From Chthonomonadales bacterium (GTDB lineage: Bacteria; Armatimonadota; Chthonomonadetes; Chthonomonadales; Chthonomonadaceae), in the NCBI GenBank assembly GCA_038217285.1, contig JBBQPO010000131.1:1-16589 (forward strand): a stretch of 16,589 nucleotides of DNA, written 5' to 3'. Numbering within the stretch: the stretch's first letter is position 1; each line of letters starts with the position of its first letter. Shown here piece after piece: positions 16,074 through 16,589 of this stretch. A model generated the notes under the pieces. It saw only the letters and a program-made list of their open reading frames with translations. It did no database searches and was not told the origin of the DNA. The position numbers and the translations under genes were made by a program.

Positions 16074-16589
16074 ATGAGTGTAATCGATACGACCTCCCAG
16101 ACTCTGCCTCCCGACGCAGGGACGTCTTCCCTGGCGAAGCCCAAAACCTCCTGGCGTATCCCGGAGATCGATGGTGTCCGCGCCCTCGCCATGTTGATGG
16201 TGTTCACCTACCATGTCTGGGAAGATGGAGATACTCCCCGGCATATGGTCCACCTGCTGGGCCGGAACTTCAATATTTTCGCCATGCTCGGGCAGTTCCC
16301 GGCGGGCGTCGATCTATTCATGGTGCTCAGCGGCTTCTGCCTCTTCCTGCCGATCTGTAAACGGGTAGGTCCCCCGGTCGGTTGGGACTGGAAGGACTAT
16401 GCCCGCAGGCGCGTCCAGCGTATTGTCCCGACCTACTACGTCGCGATTATGTTCGCGACGCTGCTGCCCTTTGTGCTGGTGATCCTCTTTCACCTGCTCC
16501 ACCAGAAAGCCAACTGGCAGCCGCTCCCCTCGGCCAAGCAGTATATCACGCATCTGACCTTTACCCACACCTTCTTTCCCGATACCTGG
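16074..16589 (+). CDS. Second acyltransferase-3 family protein, 3'-truncated (not in ORF track)
   Basis: Manual translation: MSVIDTTSQ...RIPEIDGVRALAMLMVFTYH...GVDLFMVLSGFCL...YARRRVQRIVPTYY...HLTFTHTFFPDTW, open to the window end. GGAGAG RBS at 16058-16063. Confidence 0.92.
   Translation, partial: MSVIDTTSQTLPPDAGTSSLAKPKTSWRIPEIDGVRALAMLMVFTYHVWEDGDTPRHMVHLLGRNFNIFAMLGQFPAGVDLFMVLSGFCLFLPICKRVGPPVGWDWKDYARRRVQRIVPTYYVAIMFATLLPFVLVILFHLLHQKANWQPLPSAKQYITHLTFTHTFFPDTW

Noticed and set aside
1..16589. Mobile elements, CRISPR arrays or anti-phage defence systems; HD-nucleotidyltransferase considered as a CBASS/toxin NTase
   Set aside because: No transposase, integrase or regularly spaced repeats were seen. 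The NTase has class II CCA-enzyme motifs and a housekeeping context.

Overview
GC-rich bacterial chromosomal window with about 15 genes, read by eye from the sequence and ORF translations; no database searches were run. Left to right: the 3' end of a chemosensory operon (5'-truncated CheA-CheW-REC hybrid, cheB, REC-PAS histidine kinase); a PhyH-family Fe/2OG dioxygenase (-); xdhC plus a mocA-like Moco cytidylyltransferase; a polytopic membrane NlpC/P60 protein; an HtrA-like PDZ protease plus an atypical NarL/LuxR regulator (-); hisS; a GT2 glycosyltransferase; an HD-containing tRNA nucleotidyltransferase (-); an FkbM methyltransferase (-); and two tandem acyltransferase-3 genes. The second acyltransferase is cut by the window edge and absent from the ORF track. 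I found no mobile element, CRISPR array, tRNA or rRNA, and no clearly novel multi-gene system. The best leads are a signal-less protease paired with a degenerate receiver and candidate operators, a shared promoter signature on hisS and cca (cca likely leaderless), an NlpC/P60 with an apparently duplicated TM module, and a chemosensory cluster ending in a second kinase.
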